A stretch of DNA of 64,000 nt from Thermodesulfovibrionales bacterium (GTDB lineage Bacteria; Nitrospirota; Thermodesulfovibrionia; Thermodesulfovibrionales; SM23-35): contig CAVQRT010000008.1 in assembly GCA_963715195.1 (NCBI GenBank), positions 1 to 64,000 on the forward strand, in the 5' to 3' direction. The notes beneath the pieces are model-generated. The model saw only the letters and a list, made by a program, of their open reading frames with translations. It was not told where the DNA came from and did no database searches. Both the position numbers and the translations under genes were made by a program. Below, piece after piece: positions 1-9,700 of the stretch (position 1 is the stretch's first letter; each line of letters starts with the position of its first letter).

Positions 1-309
1 GCACCTCTTGCCGCAGATGCAGTCCATGACATACCAGATCTTCTTCAGCGCTTCTTCAACAGCACCATCATAGATCTTGGGTTTCTTCCTCCTTTCTGTC
101 TTTCTGATATCGCCTTGTATGACATAGCGCTTGTTTATCCTCACCTTCCTGCCGTGGCTTCTCAATACGTATGAGGCATACCTCCGGCCGTATCCTGTCA
201 ATTTGGTGAATTCGTCCAGGATGATTCCCTTTTCTTTCTTCCCGGCTTTCTGATACCGGACAGCCACTACTGCCGTTGCCTTTTTCCTCTCTCTCATCGT
301 TAACCTCAT
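1..309 (-). CDS. Transposase, N-terminal part (runs off window; not in ORF track)
   Basis: Manual translation after GGAGG SD: MRLTMRERKKATAVVAVRYQKAGKKEKGIILDEFTKLTGYGRRYASYVL...KKIWYVMDCICGKR, open to base 1. The ILDEF..TGY.R.YA and W...D.ICGKR motifs are typical of this transposase group. Confidence 0.8.
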   Translation of the reverse strand, partial: MRLTMRERKKATAVVAVRYQKAGKKEKGIILDEFTKLTGYGRRYASYVLRSHGRKVRINKRYVIQGDIRKTERRKKPKIYDGAVEEALKKIWYVMDCICGKRC

Positions 310-423
310 CTCTGCCTCCCATAGCCATCCCTATAGAAGACATTTTCTAGGATTTTTCGTATCGATTCCTTATGTGAGGCAACGATTCACTTTCGTATCG
401 TTTTTTCGTGAGGCAATTCGACA
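1..423 (-). mobile_element. Left end of an insertion sequence (ISNCY/IS481-like, integrase-core transposase)
   Basis: Minus strand begins TGTCGAATTGCCTCAC at 423. Two sub-terminal direct repeats TTTCGTATCG...GTGAGGCAA (355-382, 391-416) precede a transposase-like ORF. Confidence 0.7.
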
Positions 424-425
424 GG

Positions 426-485
426 TTGACAAGACAAAGAAAATAAGGTACCATTAATTATGGTAATATAACCATTATATATGGT
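426..485 (+). promoter_or_regulatory. Sigma70 promoter with two palindromic operators
   Basis: TTGACA (426-431), 17 bp spacer, TACCAT (449-454). ACCAT-N5-ATGGT palindromes at 450-464 and 471-485. Confidence 0.75.
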
Positions 486-498
486 AATTGGAGAAATG

Positions 499-828
499 AT
501 GCTTGAAGGCTTGTTTGGAAATATTATCGTTGAGAAAATCCTGTTTACGCTCTATGTTTACGGTGAGGGGTATCCGCTCGGCATGGCTAAGACCTTTAAA
601 CAGCCCGTGAACCGCTTCCAGCAGCAGCTGAAAAGACTCGAAAACGCTGGAATCATAGTTAGCCGTCTTATCGGGAAAGTACGGATTTATACTTTCAATC
701 CCAGATATCCATTCCTTGAGGAGATAAAGGCTCTCATTGCGAAAGCCGTGGAATTCCTGCCCGAAAAGGAGAGGGATGCCTATTATAAGAAAAGGACGAG
801 ACCGAGGAGAGCGGGAAAACCCCAATGA
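499..828 (+). CDS. Winged-helix (ArsR-like) DNA-binding protein, putative antitoxin/autorepressor
   Basis: ORF 481-828; likely start at 496/499 after GGAGA. wHTH-like QQQLKRLENAGIIVSRLIGKVRIYTFNPRYPF. ATGA overlap with the next gene. Confidence 0.75.
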   Translation: MLEGLFGNIIVEKILFTLYVYGEGYPLGMAKTFKQPVNRFQQQLKRLENAGIIVSRLIGKVRIYTFNPRYPFLEEIKALIAKAVEFLPEKERDAYYKKRTRPRRAGKPQ

Positions 829-1440
829 TTATTGACTGGCAGAACATCGGGATCAGGGATTTGGCAGCCCTTGTCTCAGAAAGGCTTCGCAGGGGAGGGG
901 TGGATTCAATTTTGGTGGGCGGAGCATGTGTTTCCATCTATACGAAGAACAAGTACCAATCGTTTGACCTTGACTTCGTGATGCATGCAACCATGAAGGA
1001 GATCGCCCCCCTGTTGGCTGGGCTTGGGTTTCAGCGGGAAAGTTCCCGTCATTTCGTTCGTCATGGACTGTCCATTCTTCATCGAATTCGTTGCTCCGCC
1101 AGCCGCTGTCGGGGATGAACCGCTCAAGAGAGAGAAGAATTTAAAAACGAAGTTAGGCACGCTCGTTTTGATGACACCAACGGACAGCGTGAAGGACAGA
1201 CTTGCAGCGTATTACCACTGGAACGACCAGCAGGCACTGGAGCAGGCAGTCATGGTTGCCGAATCCCAGAAAATCGATTTGCGTGACATTAAACGATGGT
1301 CTGATCAGGAAAATCATAGCGAGAAACACGAGAAGTTTCTTGCAAGACTCGGTAGAGCTGGACGCCAGATCGAAAAAGCACAAGGCAAGAAACAGCAGCT
1401 CTCTCAGAGGGCATCAAGGAAAGGGGGTGAGAGAAAATAA
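825..1440 (+). pseudogene. Nucleotidyltransferase-fold protein (putative toxin), frameshifted near 1053-1062
   Basis: N-half (825 frame) has VGGACVSIY...SFDLDF, a GG/DxD NTase motif. C-half continues in the 1024 frame (DCPFFIEF...DRLAAYYHWND). Removing 1 nt or one copy of TTCG fuses them into about 203-204 aa. Confidence 0.7.
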
Positions 1441-1480
1441 TTATTCGGGGACGAACTTTAGAAGAAAGGGGGTACAGCGT

Positions 1481-2686
1481 ATGACAGGCAGTGTTCAAAA
1501 GAAGAACAGGAAGTATTACATCGTATTCAGGCTTCACGATTCAAGCAGTGGAAAGCGGAATCAGAAATGGATACCTGCGGGGAAATCCAAGAAAGAAGCG
1601 GATAAGAAACTTACCGAGATGATGGTCGATGTTCACAATGGTACATACAAGGAAATCAAGAGGATCATCTTCGCTGATTTCGCAGCACTGTGGCTCAGTT
1701 CCTATGCGGAAATGAAACTGAAGCCCTCCACGCTGCGGAGTTACAACGACATAATCAGCAACCACCTGATCCCTGTGATGGGCGATTACCAGCTCACTGA
1801 GATAACCACAGACAAGCTTCAACGGTATGTTGCCATGAGACTTCAGAAGGTCAAGCCCAAGACAGTCATCAATGAAATCGTCCCGTTAAAAGAGATGTTC
1901 AGGCACGCTGTCAGGTGGGGATACCTCAAGGTCAACCCTGCCGAGTATGTGGAGAGACCAAAGGCACACAGAAAAGAGATCGAGATACTCATGCTCGATG
2001 AAGTGAGGAAGTTTCTGAATGTCAACAGCCATTACCGCATCGCATTCCTGACTGCTGTTCTGACGGGACTGAGGGCAGGAGAACTTTGGGGATTGCAGTG
2101 GAACGACATTAACTGGTCATTGGGACAGGTATTCGTCAGGAGGGCATTGTGGAAAGGGCAGTTCCAGACTCCAAAGTCCAAGAACTCCGTTCGGAAGATT
2201 GACCTGCTTCCGCAACTGGTCGATGAACTCAGGCACTGGAAAACCGTCTGTCCGAAGAATGATCACAACCTTGTGTTCCCGAGTCCCGAGGGAAGTTTAT
2301 CCATCCACGAGAATGTGATGAAACGCTACTTCAATCCCGCATTGAAACAGGCGTGTGTTCGGAAAGTGTCATTTCACAGTCTTCGTCATACCAATGCAAG
2401 CCTGAGAATCGAGGCTGGACAGAACATCAAGTATGTGCAGTTGCAGTTAGGTCACGCATCAATCCAGACGACTCTCGACCGTTATGGACATCTCATCAGA
2501 GAGGTCAATACGGAACAGGTGAGAAGGCTGGAGAACATGCTCGGTTGCGAGGAGAAGTCTGATAGCTTTTCGGACTCAAAAAATAAAAGTGTTAGAAGAA
2601 TGTTAGAAGATTTCGGAAAAAATGAAACCGAAGGTTTTGTACAACCCTTGCCAAACAAGGCTTTGGAGGCTGTTGTCCATGCATAA
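1481..2686 (+). CDS. Tyrosine recombinase/phage-type integrase with arm-binding N-terminus
   Basis: ATG 1481 after AAGGGGG. Catalytic motifs TGLRAGE (R), PKS (K), HSLRH, LGH, TTLDRY (Y). Adjacent to a tRNA 3' end. Confidence 0.95.
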   Translation: MTGSVQKKNRKYYIVFRLHDSSSGKRNQKWIPAGKSKKEADKKLTEMMVDVHNGTYKEIKRIIFADFAALWLSSYAEMKLKPSTLRSYNDIISNHLIPVMGDYQLTEITTDKLQRYVAMRLQKVKPKTVINEIVPLKEMFRHAVRWGYLKVNPAEYVERPKAHRKEIEILMLDEVRKFLNVNSHYRIAFLTAVLTGLRAGELWGLQWNDINWSLGQVFVRRALWKGQFQTPKSKNSVRKIDLLPQLVDELRHWKTVCPKNDHNLVFPSPEGSLSIHENVMKRYFNPALKQACVRKVSFHSLRHTNASLRIEAGQNIKYVQLQLGHASIQTTLDRYGHLIREVNTEQVRRLENMLGCEEKSDSFSDSKNKSVRRMLEDFGKNETEGFVQPLPNKALEAVVHA

Positions 2687-2700
2687 TGGCTTTCCATCAA

Positions 2701-2731
2701 TAAAAAAGGGCTTGCATCGCTGCAAACCCTT
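2701..2731 (-). terminator. Intrinsic terminator downstream of tRNA-Met
   Basis: Minus strand AAGGGTTTGCA-GCGA-TGCAAGCCCTT followed by TTTTA. Confidence 0.7.
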
Positions 2732-2739
2732 GATTTTCT

Positions 2740-2816
<77 letters not shown>

Positions 2817-2826
2817 GTAGTGCTTA

Positions 2827-2856
2827 ACAATACCTTATCAGCGTTTTCTTTGTCAA
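2827..2856 (-). promoter_or_regulatory. Sigma70 promoter of tRNA-Met
   Basis: Minus strand TTGACA-18 bp-TATTGT, ending 10 bp before the tRNA 5' end. Confidence 0.55.
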
Positions 2857-2904
2857 ACTTCTCACTTTGCCTATGGTATGATAGATAGCAAAAAAAGGAT
2901 ACAG

Positions 2905-3666
2905 ATGGAGTTTCTCAGGCAATTGCGATGGCAGGATCTGGTTGATATCGTACTGATGTCAATCATTATCTATTGGCTGCTCCTCATGATAAAGGGTACG
3001 AAGGCAGCACACATGATCATGGGCCTTGGTGTTCTTCTCTTGGGTTCACTCGTCACAAGGTATTTCGGAATCTACACCGTAGACTGGCTGATACAGAGCT
3101 TCTGGGCGCAGATTGTCATTGCCATTATTATTCTTTTTCAGCCGGAGATTAGAAGGGCGCTCGCCCAGATGGGTGAGACGAAGTTATTCAGGACACTGAC
3201 ATCTGCAGAGGAACTCAAATCTCTCGAAGAGATCATTAGAGCAACGATTGCCCTTGCGAACAGAAAAATTGGTGCGATTATAGGGATTGAGCGGGAAACA
3301 AGCCTAAAGGATTTTGTCGAAATCGGTACGCCACTGGATGCAAAGGTATCGAAAGAGGTGCTTCTCAGCATATTCCATCCTACATCGCCTATCCACGACG
3401 GCGCAGTCGTCATACGGGGGAACAGGATTGTCGCTGCCGGATGTTTTTTGCCGATCACTATGGGGCCTGACATCAGCAAGTCCCTCGGCACAAGACACCG
3501 CGCTGCTCTCGGTCTTTCGGAGGAGACCGATGCCGTGGTACTCATCGTATCAGAGGAGACCGGAACGATATCACTGGCAATGAAAGGCCATCTCAAAAGT
3601 CATCTTGACATGGGGAAGCTCAGGGATATCCTTACCGATCTTTTTACGGCAAAGGAAAGGAAATGA
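2905..3666 (+). CDS. cdaA: Diadenylate cyclase CdaA/DacA
   Basis: Three N-terminal TM segments, FQPEIRRAL, HDGA and GTRHRAA motifs. cdaA-cdaR-glmM order. Start at ATG 2905 after AAGGA. Confidence 0.95.
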   Translation: MEFLRQLRWQDLVDIVLMSIIIYWLLLMIKGTKAAHMIMGLGVLLLGSLVTRYFGIYTVDWLIQSFWAQIVIAIIILFQPEIRRALAQMGETKLFRTLTSAEELKSLEEIIRATIALANRKIGAIIGIERETSLKDFVEIGTPLDAKVSKEVLLSIFHPTSPIHDGAVVIRGNRIVAAGCFLPITMGPDISKSLGTRHRAALGLSEETDAVVLIVSEETGTISLAMKGHLKSHLDMGKLRDILTDLFTAKERK

Positions 3667-4316
3667 AGAAGTTTTTTCTGGAAAACCTTGGACTGAAGCT
3701 GACAGCGGTATTTTTATCAATTTTCCTGTGGATTTTTGTGACTTCCCGTGGGCAGTCAGAGATCTCTCTTGACATACCGGTCGAGTTCAAGGACATTCCG
3801 CCTGGTCTTGAGATCGTCAGTCAAAGCGTTAGGATTATCGGCCTCAATATGAGGGGACAGGAGCGCTTGCTCAAAAGGATCAAACCGTCCGATATCAGTG
3901 TTTCTCTCGATCTGAGTAAGGCGAAACCGGGAGAAAGCACTTATTACATTAATCGTGAGGATATACGACTCCCGAATGCAGTAACGGTTTCCAATATCAA
4001 TCCCTCAAGCGTTAAGGTTATTACCGAGGAAACACTCAGGAAGACGGTAAGGGTTTTCCCCATGGTGACCGGCGAGCCGGAGAAGGGTTTTTTTGTGCAG
4101 TCCGTTTCTGTTATACCACCAAAAATTGAAATCGAAGGCGTCATGCGTGAGATATCGAGAATAAGCACCCTGAAAACAGAACCGCTCGACGTTACAGGAA
4201 TCAACGAGACCTTTGCCCAGGATTTGAAACTGGATATGGCGGGCCATAATGTTCGGACAAAAACGTCTTCGGTTACGGTTCAGGTTGTAATCGGGGCAGG
4301 AAGCAAAAAACAATAG
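3663..4316 (+). CDS. cdaR: CdaR/YbbR-like regulator
   Basis: N-terminal TM (NLGLKLTAVFLSIFLWIFV) and YbbR-type repeats, between cdaA and glmM. Confidence 0.88.
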   Translation: MKKFFLENLGLKLTAVFLSIFLWIFVTSRGQSEISLDIPVEFKDIPPGLEIVSQSVRIIGLNMRGQERLLKRIKPSDISVSLDLSKAKPGESTYYINREDIRLPNAVTVSNINPSSVKVITEETLRKTVRVFPMVTGEPEKGFFVQSVSVIPPKIEIEGVMREISRISTLKTEPLDVTGINETFAQDLKLDMAGHNVRTKTSSVTVQVVIGAGSKKQ

Positions 4317-4333
4317 CATTCTGACAGGAAAGG

Positions 4334-5692
4334 ATGTCCAGTGGGATGAGACTTTTTGGAACAGACGGGATACGTGGTATGGTCAATGATCATCCGATGA
4401 CCCCTGAGACGGTATTACGGATTGGGATGGCAGTAGCGTATCTCCTCAGAGGAAAGCACAGACGGAATATGATCCTTATCGGAAAAGACACGAGACTTTC
4501 CGGGTATATGATAGAAAGCGCTCTCACATCGGGGATCTGTTCCATGGGCATGAACGTCACGCTCGTTGGCCCCATCCCAACCCCCGGGGTTGCTTTTCTC
4601 ACAAGGACATTGAGGCTGGACGCAGGCATTGTGATATCTGCATCGCATAATCCATTTGAGGATAACGGGATAAAGTTTTTTTCCTCCAAGGGATTCAAGC
4701 TGCCGGATGAACTTGAACGGAAGATTGAACGCCTCGTATCGGATGACGAACTTCACCGTCACCGTATGAGAGGTGCGGAGATAGGAAGGGCATACCGTCT
4801 CGACGATGCAACAGGGCGTTACATCGAATACATTAAATCGACCATACCGAGGGGGATTAATTTTGAAGGCATGAAGGTCGTCATCGACTGTGCAAATGGT
4901 GCTGCATATAAGACCACTCCGTGGTTGTTCCGTGAATTAGGGGCGGAGGTGATATCGCTCAATCACTCCCCTGACGGGATAAATATCAATAAGGATTCGG
5001 GTTCTCTGTATACAGGAGGATTGCAAAAAGCGGTCAAACGGCATAGTGCTGATATCGGTATTGCGCACGACGGCGATGCGGACCGCGCGATCTTCTGTGA
5101 CGAGCACGGCACTCTTGTTGACGGCGATCAGATTATGGGTATGTGGGCAGCGGAAATGAAAAGGAACAGGATACTGAAAAGGAATACGGTTGTCTCTACC
5201 GTGATGAGCAATCTTGGTCTCGAAAAATTTCTCAAAGGTCACAAAATCACCCTTGTGAGGACGAAGGTGGGTGACCGGTATGTGGTAGAAAAGATGATGG
5301 GCAGAGGTTACAATTTCGGGGGCGAACAGTCTGGTCATATCGTCTTTCTCGACTATAATACGACCGGCGACGGCCCTCTGACAGCATTGCAGGTCATGTA
5401 CCTGATGAAGAGAAAGAATGCCCCGTTGTCAAAACTGTCACAGGAAATTACTCTCTTCCCGCAGGTTCTGACCAATGTAACCGTAAAACACAAACAGGAG
5501 ATTGGCGACATCCCGAAAATCATGGATGCAATCAGGAAGGCAGAGCGGAGGCTTGCAGCAAAGGGAAGGGTGCTTGTCAGGCCGTCCGGAACTGAACCCA
5601 AAATCAGGGTTATGGTAGAGGGTGAAAACCTTCAGTTGATCAGAAAACTTGCACAGGATATCGCAGAGGCTATCCAAGAAAACATGACCTGA
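4334..5692 (+). CDS. glmM: Phosphoglucosamine mutase
   Basis: LFGTDGIRG, ISASHNP, DGDADR, GGEQSGH, RPSGTEP. Confidence 0.97.
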   Translation: MSSGMRLFGTDGIRGMVNDHPMTPETVLRIGMAVAYLLRGKHRRNMILIGKDTRLSGYMIESALTSGICSMGMNVTLVGPIPTPGVAFLTRTLRLDAGIVISASHNPFEDNGIKFFSSKGFKLPDELERKIERLVSDDELHRHRMRGAEIGRAYRLDDATGRYIEYIKSTIPRGINFEGMKVVIDCANGAAYKTTPWLFRELGAEVISLNHSPDGININKDSGSLYTGGLQKAVKRHSADIGIAHDGDADRAIFCDEHGTLVDGDQIMGMWAAEMKRNRILKRNTVVSTVMSNLGLEKFLKGHKITLVRTKVGDRYVVEKMMGRGYNFGGEQSGHIVFLDYNTTGDGPLTALQVMYLMKRKNAPLSKLSQEITLFPQVLTNVTVKHKQEIGDIPKIMDAIRKAERRLAAKGRVLVRPSGTEPKIRVMVEGENLQLIRKLAQDIAEAIQENMT

Positions 5693-8010
5693 TGCATGGT
5701 ATCCTCGCTTTTTTTTCCGGCATTCTCTTTTATTATGCATTTCAGTATTTCCCTTATGTGACGGGTTTCCTTGGTATTGTCTCTTCTGCCGCACTTTTTG
5801 TGCGGGGTAAACCGCTCCTTGTTCTTGTGATGGCATTTGCTGCAGCGTATGCCTTTCTGAGGTGCCAGCCTGTTTCTGATATTCCGTCTGCGCAAGAAAC
5901 AGCGGCAATCCAGTGTGTCTTTGAAACATATCCGAAAAAAACCACACATGGTTTTCTCCGGCAGACGGCACGGATTGAATCTGCGATAAATCAATCAACA
6001 GGCGACAGCATATCTGAACTCACCGGGCGGAATGTGCTTATTGTTGCTGAGCGGGAGTTTGCGTTGGGAATGGAATATGAACTTGTTGTGACAATCCTGG
6101 AGAGCAGGCAGCGCCTGAATCCGGGGTCACATGTCAATGATACTCCCTATGCCATCCTGGTTGCAGTGAATAATGAGATAGCGCGGAATCCAACAGTGTA
6201 TACCATGCTGCAGGAATGGAGGTACAGGATTCATACTGTTATCACAGAACATTTTCAGGAAGATTCCGGGGCTCTTTTAGCAGCAATAACGATCGGACAG
6301 CGTTCGCACCTAAGCGAGCGATTGAGGGAGGCGTTCAATGATGCGGGGCTCGCTCATATCCTTTCTATTTCCGGCACCCATTTCGGGCTGTTCTCGGTAT
6401 TTTTATTCGCCATATTCCGGATGGTCATCCGTGTACTCCCCCATGCGCTCCTTCAGCGGATGACACTCTATCTGACCCCGGCGCAGGCTGCCGCCTTTCT
6501 CAGTTTTCCTTTTATGGTCGCTTACCTTGGTCTTTCAGGAGGCAGTATCCCTGCGATAAGATCATTTATAATGATCGGGATTTTTCTTTTCGGACTTATC
6601 ATCGGCAGGAAAGGATTCTGGCTGAACTCGTTGTTGTTTGCTGCTTTTGTCATCGTACTCTGGGAACCGCAATCAATGCTCAGCCTTTCATTTCAGCTTT
6701 CGTTTCTTGCCGTATTATTCATTGGGTTTACCATCGGACGATCAGATACCGGACCAGGGGAAGGAAGGAAGCTCAGGAGATATATCGGGAATATGGTCCT
6801 GCTAACCCTCGCGGCTTCTGCTGGAACAGCGCCGCTCGTTGCGTACTCCTTTCACTACGCTTCCCTGATATCACCGGTTTCAAACCTTGTCGTCGCCCCG
6901 TTTATCGGGTTCATCCTGATACCGCTTTCGGTCATCTCGGCTTTCGTGTTTCTGGCAACCGGGTATTACCCGTTTGCTCCTGCCATTGGAATTCTTGCAG
7001 ACGCGGGCGTTGCGATCGTTCAGAAATTATCCGAAATCCCGCATGCCGGCATAAAAATACCGGCATTTCCTCCCGTGATCGTGCTCCTTTTCTACGGCAG
7101 CTGTCTCATCTGTCTCCTCAGGAAAAAGAGCAGGTATCTCCTGCTGTTACCATGCATACCAGTCGTATTTTATAGTGTCTTTTCAATCATGAATACTGAT
7201 GAGCTCTCAGTCACGTTCCTCGATGTAGGGCAGGGAGACGGAGCTGTTGTCGAACTGCCGGACGGGAAAACTCTCGTAGTAGATACAGGGGCAACCGGTA
7301 CGGAAGTCGCCTCTTTCCTCCGGTATCGGGGAAAAAAACATATTGACGGACTCGTGCTTTCGCATGTGCACCCGGACCATACAGGAGGTCTTCAGTTTAT
7401 TGACGAGAGGTTTGATATTCGCGAAGTCTGGCACGGCAGCAGGATGATATTGTCGGATTCTATGCATGCACCGGAAGAGCGGGTGCTTGAAAGGGGGGAT
7501 TTGATTGAAGGAGATGGATATCGAATATCGGTGCTGCATTCTTACCCTGAATTTTATACCATGCACGGAAATGAGTATGTAGAAGAAAATAATGATTCAC
7601 TCGTTCTGCAGATCGCGGGAAAGAACATCTCCTTTCTCTTCACCGGGGATATTGAGGAAGAGGCTGAAGGGGATATGCTTCATTTGGGAGGATGGATTGA
7701 AAGTGATGTTATCAAGGTTCCCCATCACGGCGGAAGAACATCGGCGCACGAAGCATTCCTTGATACTGTGAACCCTGACATCGCTGTCGTCAGTGCAGAA
7801 CGGGGAAACCGGTTCGGCCACCCTCACCAGGAAACACTCGAGATGCTATCGGGAAGGAAAGTCCTGAGAACTGATACCGACGGTGCTATAAAGATCAAAA
7901 AAGGAGCGGAGGGATATGCTATCAAAACGTATGCGGATTTTCGGTTCGAGAAGGCTTCCGGAATGAGCAGCGAGATCAGAAATTTACGGAGACTGTTTCA
8001 AACATGGTAA
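5692..8010 (+). CDS. comEC: DNA internalization competence protein ComEC/Rec2
   Basis: GLAHILSISGTH, SFQLSF, and a C-terminal metallo-beta-lactamase domain (FLDVGQGD, SHVHPDHTGG, KVPHHG, NRFGHP). Confidence 0.95.
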   Translation: MHGILAFFSGILFYYAFQYFPYVTGFLGIVSSAALFVRGKPLLVLVMAFAAAYAFLRCQPVSDIPSAQETAAIQCVFETYPKKTTHGFLRQTARIESAINQSTGDSISELTGRNVLIVAEREFALGMEYELVVTILESRQRLNPGSHVNDTPYAILVAVNNEIARNPTVYTMLQEWRYRIHTVITEHFQEDSGALLAAITIGQRSHLSERLREAFNDAGLAHILSISGTHFGLFSVFLFAIFRMVIRVLPHALLQRMTLYLTPAQAAAFLSFPFMVAYLGLSGGSIPAIRSFIMIGIFLFGLIIGRKGFWLNSLLFAAFVIVLWEPQSMLSLSFQLSFLAVLFIGFTIGRSDTGPGEGRKLRRYIGNMVLLTLAASAGTAPLVAYSFHYASLISPVSNLVVAPFIGFILIPLSVISAFVFLATGYYPFAPAIGILADAGVAIVQKLSEIPHAGIKIPAFPPVIVLLFYGSCLICLLRKKSRYLLLLPCIPVVFYSVFSIMNTDELSVTFLDVGQGDGAVVELPDGKTLVVDTGATGTEVASFLRYRGKKHIDGLVLSHVHPDHTGGLQFIDERFDIREVWHGSRMILSDSMHAPEERVLERGDLIEGDGYRISVLHSYPEFYTMHGNEYVEENNDSLVLQIAGKNISFLFTGDIEEEAEGDMLHLGGWIESDVIKVPHHGGRTSAHEAFLDTVNPDIAVVSAERGNRFGHPHQETLEMLSGRKVLRTDTDGAIKIKKGAEGYAIKTYADFRFEKASGMSSEIRNLRRLFQTW

Positions 8011-8118
8011 CCCAGGGCGGTGACCACGGATCGAAACAAGGATGCTGGTGCCCAATCCATGAGGGTATGGCAAAATTGACTTCATCTGGATTGACTCATT
8101 ATAATTCTAATTCGCATT

Positions 8119-9594
8119 ATGGAAGAAATTAGCGAACTCATAGAACAGCGGATCAGGAAACTGGGCGAGTTGCGCGAAGCCGGGATTGAGCCATACGGCG
8201 GTACCTACGCTGCTGAAGACCACGCATCAGAGCTCCATGAGAAGTGCAGCGCCCTGACAAAAGAAGCTCTTGAAGCAGACCTGCTCAGATGTTCGCTTGC
8301 AGGCCGCATTATTACAATGAGGGACTTCGGCAAAGCTGCATTTGCGCATATTCAGGATGCAACCGGGAAGATGCAGATCTATTTCAAGAAAGATCTCCTC
8401 GGCGATCAGTTCAGCCTTCTGAAGAAAATCGATATCGGAGACATCATCGGGCTGAGGGGAAAACTTTTCAGGACGAAGACGAATGAGTTGACCGTTGAGG
8501 TTAAAGATTTCATGATTCTCACAAAATCACTCAGGCCGCTCCCTGAAAAATGGCATGGGTTAAAGGATATCGAAACACGGTACAGACAACGGTATGTGGA
8601 CCTGATCGTCAATCCGGAAGTCCGACAGGTGTTCATTCAGAAAAGCATCATCATCAAAGCAATCAGGGATTTTCTCGAATCCAAGGGGTTCATCGAGGTT
8701 GAGACCCCCATGATGCAGCCCATTCCCGGAGGTGCGACCGCCAGGCCCTTCAAAACCCATCATAATGCCCTTGGCGTTGACCTCTTCCTCAGAATTGCCC
8801 CCGAGCTGTATTTGAAAAGGCTTCTCGTCGGGGGATATGAGCGGGTATACGAGCTCAACAGAAATTTCCGGAATGAAGGCATATCAACAAAACATAACCC
8901 TGAATTCACGATGCTCGAATTCTATATTGCGTATCAGGATTACCGTTTTTTGATGTCATTGACCGAAGAGCTGATTTCCTCGATTGCACAGAAAATTCTC
9001 GGAACCTTGCAGATTCAGTATGAAGATCACGTCATCGATCTCTCTCCACCCTGGCCACGAGTTCCGATGCTCGACGCGCTGGTTCAAAACGGTGTGCCCA
9101 GGGAGATCCTGCATGACATTGAACAGGCAAAGGCCTGGGCACAAGAGCAGCGCGTTCCCGTTGAAAAAGACGCAACACACGGAAAAATTATCGATGAAAT
9201 ATTCAAGGCAAAAGTCGAACCCGGATTGATCCAGCCGACCTTTATAATAGATCACCCTGTCGGGCTTTCACCCCTTGCGAAACGAAAAGCTGATAATCCC
9301 GATCTCGTTGAACGTTTCGAGCTGTTCATTACATCTCGTGAAATTGCCAATGCCTTTTCTGAACTCAATGATCCTATGGATCAGAAACAGAGATTTGCTG
9401 CCCAGGTTGAAGCAAAGACTCGGGGGGATGAGGAGGCCCACAGCATGGATGAGGACTTTATCAGGGCACTCGAATACGGAATGCCCCCCGCTGCAGGAGA
9501 GGGGATAGGGATTGACAGACTTGTCATGCTCTTGACGAATTCCTCCTCTATCCGGGATGTGATACTGTTTCCTCAACTCAAACCGGAACAATAA
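8119..9594 (+). CDS. lysS: Lysine--tRNA ligase (class II)
   Basis: LPEKWHGL, RYRQRYVDL, LRIAPELYLKRL, FRNEG, YGMPPAAGEGIGIDRL. Confidence 0.98.
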   Translation: MEEISELIEQRIRKLGELREAGIEPYGGTYAAEDHASELHEKCSALTKEALEADLLRCSLAGRIITMRDFGKAAFAHIQDATGKMQIYFKKDLLGDQFSLLKKIDIGDIIGLRGKLFRTKTNELTVEVKDFMILTKSLRPLPEKWHGLKDIETRYRQRYVDLIVNPEVRQVFIQKSIIIKAIRDFLESKGFIEVETPMMQPIPGGATARPFKTHHNALGVDLFLRIAPELYLKRLLVGGYERVYELNRNFRNEGISTKHNPEFTMLEFYIAYQDYRFLMSLTEELISSIAQKILGTLQIQYEDHVIDLSPPWPRVPMLDALVQNGVPREILHDIEQAKAWAQEQRVPVEKDATHGKIIDEIFKAKVEPGLIQPTFIIDHPVGLSPLAKRKADNPDLVERFELFITSREIANAFSELNDPMDQKQRFAAQVEAKTRGDEEAHSMDEDFIRALEYGMPPAAGEGIGIDRLVMLLTNSSSIRDVILFPQLKPEQ

Positions 9595-9700
9595 AAAGAT
9601 GCCGTATGCAGGATACATGTTTTGCCTGCAGGATTGTGGAATGAGTTGTACGGTTTTTTCTGTTATGGATCAAAAATCATATATCGTGTATCTCTGAGCC

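Larger units (their letters stand above)
1..2739. mobile_element. End of a tRNA-Met-targeted genomic island (continues beyond the left edge of the window)
   Basis: Tyrosine integrase ends 53 bp from the 3' end of tRNA-Met. IS and TA-like cargo lie on the far side. The second att copy is not in the window. Confidence 0.8.

Noticed and set aside
68..343. 91-aa minus-strand ORF in the track
   Set aside because: Out-of-frame shadow of the transposase frame (1-309), which has the SD and recognisable motifs.
1202..1480. N-terminal extension of the integrase ORF from TTG 1202
   Set aside because: Overlaps the NTase C-half; SD and integrase-like sequence begin at ATG 1481.
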